Positions 9,486-17,987 of a DNA stretch of 33,260 nucleotides are shown here, one piece after another. Made by a program: the position numbers and the translations under genes. This DNA is from Silvanigrellaceae bacterium (GTDB lineage: Bacteria; Bdellovibrionota_B; Oligoflexia; Silvanigrellales; Silvanigrellaceae). Numbering within the stretch: the first letter of the stretch is position 1; each line of letters opens with the position of its first letter. Location of the stretch: the NCBI GenBank assembly GCA_049423385.1, contig JBMSQQ010000033.1:1-33260 (forward strand). Reading direction: 5' to 3'. The notes under the pieces were generated by a model, which was given only the letters and a program-made list of their open reading frames with translations, had not been told where the DNA came from and searched no databases.

Positions 9486-10139
9486 TCAGTGAACATCCAC
9501 CTTTGCGGGCATGACAAACACGCTTTCAGGAGACTTGTCTTGATTGGTAGACTCGAGCTCCGCATCTGATGCACTCGCCGAAGCCTCGTGCGAAACCGGA
9601 CGAAGTGGATCGCGTCGCTTGCGGATGCGCTCAGCACGTTTTGGCATGGCATGCGAATTGATTTCATCCACCACTTTGCCGGCTTCATCGAATTGATCTT
9701 CCATCGCCTCGGGATCGACCTGATCGAGCTGGATTCCGAATGCCTTTTCAACAGGCCTTCCCATGTCGACGCCAGCGAGATCCTCAAGACTCCTCCATTG
9801 GGCTTCTTGGAGTGTCACAAGGCGCTTGGAAAATTCCATCTGCCAGGCAGCCATTGCTTCCTGCCGCTCACAAAGTTCTTCGAGAACTCCGTGGATGAGG
9901 CTCAGTTGATCCTGGGTCTCGACAAGCAAGCGCTTGATCTCCGCTTCTCCTTTGGAGACCAGGGGAATGCGCGAGGTTTGTGTGGAAGCACCAGATAGAG
10001 CGGATGAACGACGACGACCGGCCGTGGCGCCTGAACGCCTGGGTGAAGACGACTCGGACCCTGTTTTCACGAGCGATGCACCGGCACGGCTCCGGGACTT
10101 TGCGTGATTTTCGGTTTTTGCCTTGCGAACTTCGGCCAT
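9486..10139 (-). CDS. Hypothetical protein with basic disordered N-terminus and central coiled coil
   Basis: SD GGAGG before MAEVRK; heptad-like EIKRLLVETQDQLSLIHGVLEEL; stop 2 nt before the kdsD ATG. Confidence 0.7.
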   Translation of the reverse strand: MAEVRKAKTENHAKSRSRAGASLVKTGSESSSPRRSGATAGRRRSSALSGASTQTSRIPLVSKGEAEIKRLLVETQDQLSLIHGVLEELCERQEAMAAWQMEFSKRLVTLQEAQWRSLEDLAGVDMGRPVEKAFGIQLDQVDPEAMEDQFDEAGKVVDEINSHAMPKRAERIRKRRDPLRPVSHEASASASDAELESTNQDKSPESVFVMPAKVDVH

Positions 10140-10223
10140 CGATTGGCCCTCCAAAACCCACGGGATCACATTCTCGGGGTTGCGATAAACACCCCTTCTC
10201 TCGGGATCCTTGTCTTGTCAAAT

Positions 10224-11255
10224 TCAGGCTTCGAGACGCGCGTCCACGACACCATCTTTCGACTCTGGCTGTGACATAGGAGGGGGATTCTTGTCAAAGA
10301 GGATGATGCCGTTTTGGTGCATTGCCTGCCAAAAACCCACATCCGGCATCACACCAACCTCAAATGGTGCCTTTTCAAACAAGGCTGATTGATTCTCAAG
10401 AATTCCGCCCTTGATGGCCGTGCAAAAATTCTGCATCGCCTCACCTGACTCATGAACGCCCGACACGCGCAGGAAGATGGTTCGAATCCAAGCGTCTTGT
10501 GCAGCATTTGGAGGCAATATTGCTCCCAGAACAGCAGCCTCCACATTTGCACTAGAAGTGAGCAAATTCTTGACAACTTCTTTTTGCTCGTCGGAAAAGA
10601 CGTCCGGCGGAAACGCAACTTGCATTTGTCCATCCGAGGCTTCTGCCGCTTGACCCTCCTGACCCGGTTGACCCGATGCCACCTGAACAGGGCTTTGCGC
10701 CGATTGGGGAACAATACCCATTGCCAGCTGCCGATACTCAACCTTGGGCAGGATGATGAAAGGTGCGCTTCCCGCGTTCACGACAATCACTTCGGCAGGG
10801 CTGGGCTCAAGGAGTTTAAAAATGTCCTGACCCTTGACCGAAACGTATTGACCACCATCCGGACGCCACCGACGAGCAGCAGCACCGCTTGTGAAGGCGG
10901 CGGCAAACGGAGTTCCGGCTGAGTTTTGCAAAATAGCCACGCTCATGTTCTGCGCATCTTCGCCAGGGGCCGGTGGAGCGGCGTTGGGATCAGGTTCCGC
11001 AAGCGCAAGGAGCAATTCCGAAAAAAGTAATTCCTGATACACTTTTCTGCGACTGTCGGCGGTATCTTGCCGAGCATTTTCGACCATGGCCAACTCAAGA
11101 TATTCGGCTGCCTTGGGTTCACCAGCCTGCTGCTCGGTTTCACCGGCTTCAGGTGCGGCGCTTGCGCCTGGCTTCTCGGTGGATTCCGGAACCGAGTTTG
11201 TTTTGCTTTGCTCGGAATCCGAGTCGCGTTTGCCAAACAATTTCTTCAGGACCAT
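10224..11255 (-). CDS. SseB family protein (SseB N- and C-terminal domains)
   Basis: VYQELLFSELLL..FAAAFTSGAAARRW..IVVNAGS pattern; start MVLKKLFGK with SD GAGG. Confidence 0.75.
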   Translation of the reverse strand: MVLKKLFGKRDSDSEQSKTNSVPESTEKPGASAAPEAGETEQQAGEPKAAEYLELAMVENARQDTADSRRKVYQELLFSELLLALAEPDPNAAPPAPGEDAQNMSVAILQNSAGTPFAAAFTSGAAARRWRPDGGQYVSVKGQDIFKLLEPSPAEVIVVNAGSAPFIILPKVEYRQLAMGIVPQSAQSPVQVASGQPGQEGQAAEASDGQMQVAFPPDVFSDEQKEVVKNLLTSSANVEAAVLGAILPPNAAQDAWIRTIFLRVSGVHESGEAMQNFCTAIKGGILENQSALFEKAPFEVGVMPDVGFWQAMHQNGIILFDKNPPPMSQPESKDGVVDARLEA

Positions 11256-11356
11256 ATTTATGCCTCGTGAATAAGCAGAGCAGGGAAAACACCTTATTCG
11301 GTATCGGAGAAGGATGCCCCGAAGACTGATGCTTTGCAAGCCAGGTCAATTGAGAA

Positions 11357-14089
11357 TCAACGGTATTTTCTGCGCTTGGCCTCTCGCCAAAGCTCATCCC
11401 AAACCTCAAGACTCAAACTCTTTGCGTAGTCTTCTGTGACTTCGGCACCACGCTCCCTGAGTATCTGCTCCATTCCTTCGAATCTTGAAAGAAATTTGCC
11501 AATGCTGGCCCGGGCAGACAAATCAAAATCCAACGCCTGTGTCGATTTGAATGAGGTCTCATTCAAAAACACGGCAACGTTTGCCAATGCAAAAACTATG
11601 TCCCCCATTTCATCCGAAACGCGCTGCCAGTCTGGAGAATCAACAAACAATTCCCTGCGAAGTTCTTCAACCTCGGAAGTGAGATCTGCAAAGGTCTGGT
11701 CGAGGGTCTTCCAGGCAAACCCCAACTTCCACGATGATTTTGAAACTGCCGTCGACCAGTTCAGGGTTGGCTGCGCATGTTTCTTTTTTGCCTTGTGCAG
11801 CAAGGATTGATGCACTTCTCCGGCCGCAGCCTTTTCGCTCGACTTGATAACATCCCACTGACGCACAACTTCATCGGCCGTGGAAACACTTCCAGAACCC
11901 GTTTCGAATACATGCGGATGACGGCGAATCATTTTTTCCGTGATATCGGCAAACACATCGGCAACCTTGAAATGCTTCTTTTCCGAGGCAATCTGCGAAT
12001 TCAAAAACACCTGAAGCAGGACGTCACCCAGCTCACTGCAATAGGCACGAGCGGTCACTTCATCTCCCTGCAGAGCATAGGCCGCAGCAGCTTCAACTGC
12101 CTCGTAAGCTTCCTCGACAAGATATGGACGCAGCGAATCGATGGTTTGTTCCTTGTCCCAGGGGCAACCATCATCGGCTCGCAGCGCAGCCACAGTCTTT
12201 GAAAACAAAACCGAACTGCTGCCCAAAGTAAACAGGTCCCGCTGCGTTGCAAGACTCGCAGGCGTGCGCAACTTGGGATGTTCGGCAGAAGAATTCTTGC
12301 CAACTGAACGGGGTTGAATTCCTGCCGTCGCGTTCGGCTTCTTCTCTCCCTTTTGCGAAAGCTCAACAAGCGATGGTTCATAGCCCACGGGTGTCTCAAA
12401 GCCTGCAAGCTGAAGGACCGTTGCTGCAACATTTGCCAATCCAGCCTTCGCAATATCGCTCCTCAGTTGCACTTCGCAAGGCAGAACCTCTGCATTGAAA
12501 ATCGCAAACGGAACTGGCGCCAGCGTATGACTCGTCTTGGCGCGCGGCAACCCGCTGGAATCGAATTGCACCTTGCCGGATTTCTTGTCGACCTCGAACA
12601 TCTCGTCGGCATTGCCATGATCGGCAGTCACAACTACTACAGTGTTGGTCTCTTTGGCTGCGGCAAGAATTCGTCCAAGGGCGAGGTCGACGGCGCAAAC
12701 TGAAACCAGGGTGGCATTGAAATCTCCGGTGTGTCCAACCATGTCGCCGTTTGCAAAATTGATACGACCCACCCGAAAAGATCCTTTGCGCATTTCCTCG
12801 ATTGTTGTGTCTGCGATTTCAGCAGACTTCATCCACGGACGATTGGAAAATGAACCCAAATCGGAAGGAATCTCGACGTAACTCTCGAGAGCCTCCTTGA
12901 ACTTGCCACTCCGGTTGCCGTTCCAAAAATAGGTCACATGTCCATATTTTTGAGTTTCGCTGCAGGCAAACTGCTTTACGCCGGTCGCACTCAGCAATTC
13001 ACCCATCGTCAGTTCAATTTGCGGAGGATCAACGAGATAGGTTTCAGGAATCTTGAGGTCGCCGTCGTACTGCATCATTCCCGCATAAACAATTTTTGGA
13101 AATCGCTTGCGCTGGAATGATGAAAACCCAACTTCAGTCAGGGCCCTCGAAATTTGAATCGCGCGATCACCCCTGAAATTGAAGAACACGAAACTGTCTG
13201 AATCCATCACGGGACCCAGCGGTACACCGTTGGATGTGATCACAAAGGGTGGGAGATTCTGATCGCTTTTGAGTCCTTCACTGCGGAATGCCTTCAATGC
13301 ATCTTCAAGAGACGCAAACCCGCGCCCTTCACCAAGAACATGAGCATTGTATCCCCGCTCGACAATGGACCAGTCACTGTCGTAACGATCCATCGTCACG
13401 AACATCCGCCCTCCGCCGCTGGCCACCTGACAGTCGAATTGTCCATCGTTCACAGACGCAAGAAATGCCTTCAGTTTCGCAGCATAAATTTCTGCCGTGT
13501 CCGGGCCAACGTCGCGGCCGTCCAAAAGAACGTGCAATCGCACCCTGCGAACTCCGTCTTTTTTCGCTGCGCGGATGAGTGCACAAAGATGGTCGATGTG
13601 GCTGTGGACATTTCCGTCCGAAAGCAATCCGCAAAAATGCAGGGTGTTTCGTCCGTCCTGAAGCTCCTTTCGCCTCGCGACGGTCATCCATCCCTTGCCT
13701 TCAAACAGTCGGCCGGATTCGATTGCCGAGTTCACCAGCTTGGCGCCCTGCGCAAAAATCCGGCCTGCGCCCAGCGCATTGTGACCAACTTCGCTGTTTC
13801 CCATGTCATCTTCTGAAGGCAGGCCCACACTGGGGCCATGCGCGAGCAGAGTTCGACTCAACGGTTGTTGCATCAATTGGGAAAGATGTGGGGTGTAGGC
13901 AGCGCCAACAGCATTGCCCGAAACAAAGGCGGCCGTTGGCAACACGCCTGCGTGACGATCGAGCTGTAATGTGAGATTGTCTTGAAGGTCTTTCCATCCA
14001 ATGCCATCAAGCACAACCACGAGAACCTTGTGATCTGTTCGGGTGTTTTTGGAAGAGGGACGCAAAACGGGTGTTGTACTCGAAGTCAT
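11357..14089 (-). CDS. gpmI: Fusion of 2,3-BPG-independent phosphoglycerate mutase and MazG NTP pyrophosphohydrolase
   Basis: DMGNSEVGH, LSDGNVHSH, ETQKYGHVTYF, NGDMVGHTG, TADHGNA (iPGM); then GCPWDKEQT, EEAYE, ELGDVLLQV, KMIRRHPHVF, DEMGDIVF (tandem MazG); single 910-codon ORF. Confidence 0.92.
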   Translation of the reverse strand: MTSSTTPVLRPSSKNTRTDHKVLVVVLDGIGWKDLQDNLTLQLDRHAGVLPTAAFVSGNAVGAAYTPHLSQLMQQPLSRTLLAHGPSVGLPSEDDMGNSEVGHNALGAGRIFAQGAKLVNSAIESGRLFEGKGWMTVARRKELQDGRNTLHFCGLLSDGNVHSHIDHLCALIRAAKKDGVRRVRLHVLLDGRDVGPDTAEIYAAKLKAFLASVNDGQFDCQVASGGGRMFVTMDRYDSDWSIVERGYNAHVLGEGRGFASLEDALKAFRSEGLKSDQNLPPFVITSNGVPLGPVMDSDSFVFFNFRGDRAIQISRALTEVGFSSFQRKRFPKIVYAGMMQYDGDLKIPETYLVDPPQIELTMGELLSATGVKQFACSETQKYGHVTYFWNGNRSGKFKEALESYVEIPSDLGSFSNRPWMKSAEIADTTIEEMRKGSFRVGRINFANGDMVGHTGDFNATLVSVCAVDLALGRILAAAKETNTVVVVTADHGNADEMFEVDKKSGKVQFDSSGLPRAKTSHTLAPVPFAIFNAEVLPCEVQLRSDIAKAGLANVAATVLQLAGFETPVGYEPSLVELSQKGEKKPNATAGIQPRSVGKNSSAEHPKLRTPASLATQRDLFTLGSSSVLFSKTVAALRADDGCPWDKEQTIDSLRPYLVEEAYEAVEAAAAYALQGDEVTARAYCSELGDVLLQVFLNSQIASEKKHFKVADVFADITEKMIRRHPHVFETGSGSVSTADEVVRQWDVIKSSEKAAAGEVHQSLLHKAKKKHAQPTLNWSTAVSKSSWKLGFAWKTLDQTFADLTSEVEELRRELFVDSPDWQRVSDEMGDIVFALANVAVFLNETSFKSTQALDFDLSARASIGKFLSRFEGMEQILRERGAEVTEDYAKSLSLEVWDELWREAKRRKYR

Positions 14090-14177
14090 GATTCAACTCT
14101 CTTTGAACGGAACTCAAATGCCTCAAAACGCTGATACTCTGACATTGCAAGCAACGCGACGCAATCTTCGAGTGCGC

Positions 14178-16283
14178 ATGAGTGCTCGCTTTTTGATTAT
14201 TTTTCTGCTCATCCTTGTTGCACCTCTGCAGATTTCTTTTGCACAGCAGGACCCTTTTTCTGAACCTCTGAAATCGCTCAATAAAATCGAACCTGCCAAT
14301 GTCGTTCAATTCAGGCTTGTCAAAACGACAACAAACGGTGGAGCCGGCTCGGCTGAGCTTGAACTGGAAACGCGTGGCGGTTTCAAGATTTATGATCATG
14401 GTCTTCGTTTCGAATATCGCAGCCCGGCGACTCTCGATTCCCTGATTCCACTGAAAGTGCAGGCCGAACCTCCTGCAAAGGTTGTTCAGGATCCGTTCTA
14501 CAATGAACCCCGGGCAATTCATGACAAGGGAGCAAGATTCTTGCTCTCAAGCGATGTGCCTTTGGATGAAACAGGCTTCATTCGTGTGCGCTTCGAGGCA
14601 TGCTCCGTCAACACATGCTTGTTGCCTGCCTACTTTTTGATCCCTTCACGAACGGGACAAACCTCCAGGCCGGAGCCCAAGGCAAATCCGCTTGTCAATG
14701 CGGGTGGACTGGGTGCGCAGTCTTCTTCGGACAATGTCAATTCCGCGCTTTCATCTGGACTTTCGTCATCAGAGCCACTTCAGGTTAAACCCACTTCCAA
14801 TTCTTCCCCGCAGCCAGCACCGAAAATATCCGTGACTCCCGCAAACACACCGACCGTTTTTTCAACCCCGACACAAGCAACAATTCAACCCTCAACGGAA
14901 AAAGAAGTCTCACTGACCGACTCAATCACTTCAGAGGTTCAAAAAAGTTTACTTTCCCGAAGCTGGCTTCTTTTTCCAGCACTTTTTCTTGCGGGACTCT
15001 TGATGAACCTGACACCTTGTGTGTACCCGATGATCCCCATCACCCTGAACATCCTGAGCCGCATTGAGCGACCCACACAGGATGGATCCTCACCTCACAC
15101 GCGAAATTTCATTCCGGCATTGATGTACATGATTGGAATCATTCTTTCGTATGCATCGATGGGTGTCATTGCAGGGATGACAGGTTCACTCTTCGGCGGC
15201 CTTCTCCAGAGCAAGCTTGTCAATGCAGGACTTGCGCTGTTGATGTTCGTGTTTGGCCTTTCAATGCTGGGCGTGATCGATTTGAGCAAAATTCAAAATG
15301 CTGCGAGCCGAATTCCGGTGTCCAGAAAATCACCGCACCTCGCGGAGATCACGATGGGAGCCGTGTCTGGACTCGTGGCTGCTCCCTGTACCGGTCCCGT
15401 CCTCAGCATGTTGTTGTTGCTTGTAGGCCAAACCAGGGATCCGGTTTATGGATTCACATTGATGTCGATCTTTGCCGCCGGATTCAGTGCTCCGTATCTT
15501 GTTTTGGGCATGCTTTCGCAACAATTCAAGCGGCTCCCGAAGGCCGGCAGCACCATGAATCTGGTGAAACATGTCTTTGCTGCGTTGATGTTCTCGTTGG
15601 CACTCTATTATCTCAAACCACTGGTGCAGGGTTACCTGCCTATGACCTTACTTTATATCAAGCCTTCGGTTATTGGACTGCTGACCATTGCAATACTCAC
15701 CGGCATTTTTGTTTTTCTCATGCTGCGTGATGCAAACAAGCCCATTTACAAAATCGCAGTCCAGACAGGCCTGACCATTCTTTCGTTGTGGTTTGCACTC
15801 TGGGCCATCAAGGGATTTATCGCAGGTGAGATTGCCAGTCTTCCTTCACTCAGTCGCTTCAACGACCCTGTCGAAATTCCGAAAGGAGAAAAACCCACGG
15901 GGGAGAGAATCATTTGGTACAAGGATTGGAACAAAGCCGTTCAGGCAGCCACTTTGCAAAACAAGGGACTCATTGTTGATGCATGGGCACAATGGTGTGC
16001 AGCGTGTTTGAAAATGGATGCAGAGGTCTGGAATGAACCTGGCGTCGAAGCACTCATTGATCAGCACTTCATCGCATTGAAAGTTGATTTCACCGAGTCC
16101 AACCCCCAATCGGAAGAGCTCACAAAACGCTGGGACTTGTCGGGACTGCCGGCGGTTGGAATATACCCAGCCAAGTCCGATTTCATGGCTCAGCCTGCCA
16201 TTTTGTTCCGTGAAGCACTGACGGTCAGCACCTTCCACCAATCCATACAAAAGCTGTTCAACGGTGAACTGACGAAACAGTAA
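14178..16283 (+). CDS. dsbD: DsbD-type thiol:disulfide interchange protein
   Basis: Signal peptide; ACSVNTCLLP (alpha), LTPCVYPMIP and APCTGP (membrane beta), WCAAC thioredoxin (gamma); S/P/T-rich linker. Confidence 0.9.
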   Translation: MSARFLIIFLLILVAPLQISFAQQDPFSEPLKSLNKIEPANVVQFRLVKTTTNGGAGSAELELETRGGFKIYDHGLRFEYRSPATLDSLIPLKVQAEPPAKVVQDPFYNEPRAIHDKGARFLLSSDVPLDETGFIRVRFEACSVNTCLLPAYFLIPSRTGQTSRPEPKANPLVNAGGLGAQSSSDNVNSALSSGLSSSEPLQVKPTSNSSPQPAPKISVTPANTPTVFSTPTQATIQPSTEKEVSLTDSITSEVQKSLLSRSWLLFPALFLAGLLMNLTPCVYPMIPITLNILSRIERPTQDGSSPHTRNFIPALMYMIGIILSYASMGVIAGMTGSLFGGLLQSKLVNAGLALLMFVFGLSMLGVIDLSKIQNAASRIPVSRKSPHLAEITMGAVSGLVAAPCTGPVLSMLLLLVGQTRDPVYGFTLMSIFAAGFSAPYLVLGMLSQQFKRLPKAGSTMNLVKHVFAALMFSLALYYLKPLVQGYLPMTLLYIKPSVIGLLTIAILTGIFVFLMLRDANKPIYKIAVQTGLTILSLWFALWAIKGFIAGEIASLPSLSRFNDPVEIPKGEKPTGERIIWYKDWNKAVQAATLQNKGLIVDAWAQWCAACLKMDAEVWNEPGVEALIDQHFIALKVDFTESNPQSEELTKRWDLSGLPAVGIYPAKSDFMAQPAILFREALTVSTFHQSIQKLFNGELTKQ

Positions 16284-16306
16284 TTTCCTCGACGACAATG
16301 CAAAAC

Positions 16307-16337
16307 AAAAAAGACCCGCATCAGATGCGGGTCTTTT
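16307..16337. terminator. Bidirectional intrinsic terminator
   Basis: AAGACCCGCA-tcaga-TGCGGGTCTT with A run on the left and T run on the right, between convergent genes. Confidence 0.88.
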
Positions 16338-16376
16338 CATTGAACAAGGCTTATCGTCCTCGCCCTCGGTCGCTGA

Positions 16377-16709
16377 TCACATGTGGGCAGCAGCTGGCAT
16401 GTAGTCGTGTTGATCACGGGCAACATGTGAACCTTCGCGAGCGGTTGCCACGTAGCGGTTAACGATGTTCAATGTGTAAACCAACAGCGTTGCCTTGAAG
16501 TTGCGCCAGTTGGAGTCATCAAGGCACATCAACAGCTCGTCATCAAAGTACATGTCGGTGTTGGTGAGAAGTGCTTCGATTGCGGCAAAAACCTGTTCAA
16601 AGTTTCCTGCCGTCGCCAAATCGTTGAGGTCTTCCTTGCTGCGGATGGCATTTGCCAAGCGAGCTGCGTTTGTTCTGATTAACTGAACTGTTGAACTATT
16701 GAGAATCAT
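16377..16709 (-). CDS. Small acidic all-helical hypothetical protein (possible Cas11/Cas8 C-terminal-like fold)
   Basis: 110-codon ORF from MILNSS with G-rich upstream site; ends just before the terminator; fold resemblance is inferred only. Confidence 0.7.
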   Translation of the reverse strand: MILNSSTVQLIRTNAARLANAIRSKEDLNDLATAGNFEQVFAAIEALLTNTDMYFDDELLMCLDDSNWRNFKATLLVYTLNIVNRYVATAREGSHVARDQHDYMPAAAHM

Positions 16710-16778
16710 GAGAGGGCCCCCAACAAACAAATGAACGTTGCTGATACTGGATGTCTGGTGAGTCTACGGCCCGGTGAA

Positions 16779-17987
16779 TCACCCGGGCAAGGATTCAGGC
16801 ATGTCAATTCTCCAACGAGTCCGTCGGAGCAGGACAGTCAGCGCAACACCAAACAGCAACGCAGCAACCAACGCTCCAAGAATAATCAAAGGCAATCGGC
16901 TGGGTACGACTCCAATAATCTCAAATCCGAAAAATTGCGCCGGACCTTGTGCTTCCCGGGACACCAGCTGAACCCGTCGAGCAGATGCATTTGCTCCCAT
17001 TGTGATCTCGCGCTCTTTCAATTCAACACCCGACGCTGGATTGGAGATCCGGGGAGGCCAGACATTCCAATCATCTGCCATTGACCCAAAGACCCGCTTC
17101 AAGGCTCCTGGAATTTCAAACAACACAGCGACCTGCTCACCCGCAAAAGGCGGAAGTTTTTCGTTTTTCCAAACCACCCTGCCCGTGGGTGCACTCAGTC
17201 GAAATTCGCTGCTGATGCCAATCATCATTCCCTGGATCCCTGAAGGCATCTGAACCGCAGGAAGACCGTTCCATTTTGAGATGGTGAGCTGCTTGCCAAG
17301 CTGTTCCGGCTTCACGTCGACAATCTGCCAATCGTAGACACCTTCAGGAAGCGCAAATACAAGAGTGAACTGCGACGTCTGATCCGATGGAACAGAAAAG
17401 CTGGAAACGTAATGCGAGACAACCGATGCCTCTGCAGGAGAGATGATGTAGCGGTTGGACATCGGTAGAAACACACCGGGCTCGAGAATATGCAGCATCC
17501 CTCCCGTCCCTGGCCCACGTCCGGCCCCGTGAGGAGAACCTCCGTTCATCGGTGGATGATTGACCTGACCCAAGGCAACCGACTTTTTGGAAAGACCCAC
17601 AGCGGCCAAAGTCAAGGCTGCAAGCAAAAGGAGTAACTTGGGACGAGCAAATCCAGAGATGCCTTCGCCAGATGTGGCTGCCTTGCGGGTGGTCACCGGC
17701 AAAAACGGCAATTCGGCCCGTTGCAATCGCAAACACAATGAAACCAAAGCCTGAAAGCATTCAGAATCGCTCAATTGAAGCAATCTCGGTTCCTCGCTGG
17801 AGCCGGTGGTCAGACGCGAGATCAACTGGTCCCGCAACATCAAAACCTGCCGCAATTCATTTTCGTCTGAAAATCCTTTGTATGTTGCCGCGTAAGACTC
17901 CATGTTCTCGGCTGCAAACAATGGAGCAAGAACAAACCAGACAACCATCAAAGACATCAAGAGCGCGCCAAGGAGTGTGATGATCAT
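16779..17987 (-). CDS. Membrane protein, putative cytochrome c maturation accessory factor
   Basis: ATGA overlap with ccmF/H; N-terminal TM plus helix in the CcmI position, internal hydrophobic segment, C-terminal TM anchor. Confidence 0.7.
   Translation of the reverse strand: MIITLLGALLMSLMVVWFVLAPLFAAENMESYAATYKGFSDENELRQVLMLRDQLISRLTTGSSEEPRLLQLSDSECFQALVSLCLRLQRAELPFLPVTTRKAATSGEGISGFARPKLLLLLAALTLAAVGLSKKSVALGQVNHPPMNGGSPHGAGRGPGTGGMLHILEPGVFLPMSNRYIISPAEASVVSHYVSSFSVPSDQTSQFTLVFALPEGVYDWQIVDVKPEQLGKQLTISKWNGLPAVQMPSGIQGMMIGISSEFRLSAPTGRVVWKNEKLPPFAGEQVAVLFEIPGALKRVFGSMADDWNVWPPRISNPASGVELKEREITMGANASARRVQLVSREAQGPAQFFGFEIIGVVPSRLPLIILGALVAALLFGVALTVLLRRTRWRIDMPESLPG

Noticed and set aside
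14043..14177. Long N-terminal extension of DsbD from the ORF track
   Set aside because: Overlaps the divergent gpmI start; the signal peptide begins at ATG 14178
16284..16778. CRISPR mini-array near the Cas11-like ORF
   Set aside because: No direct repeats with spacers in the flanking intergenic DNA; only a terminator hairpin
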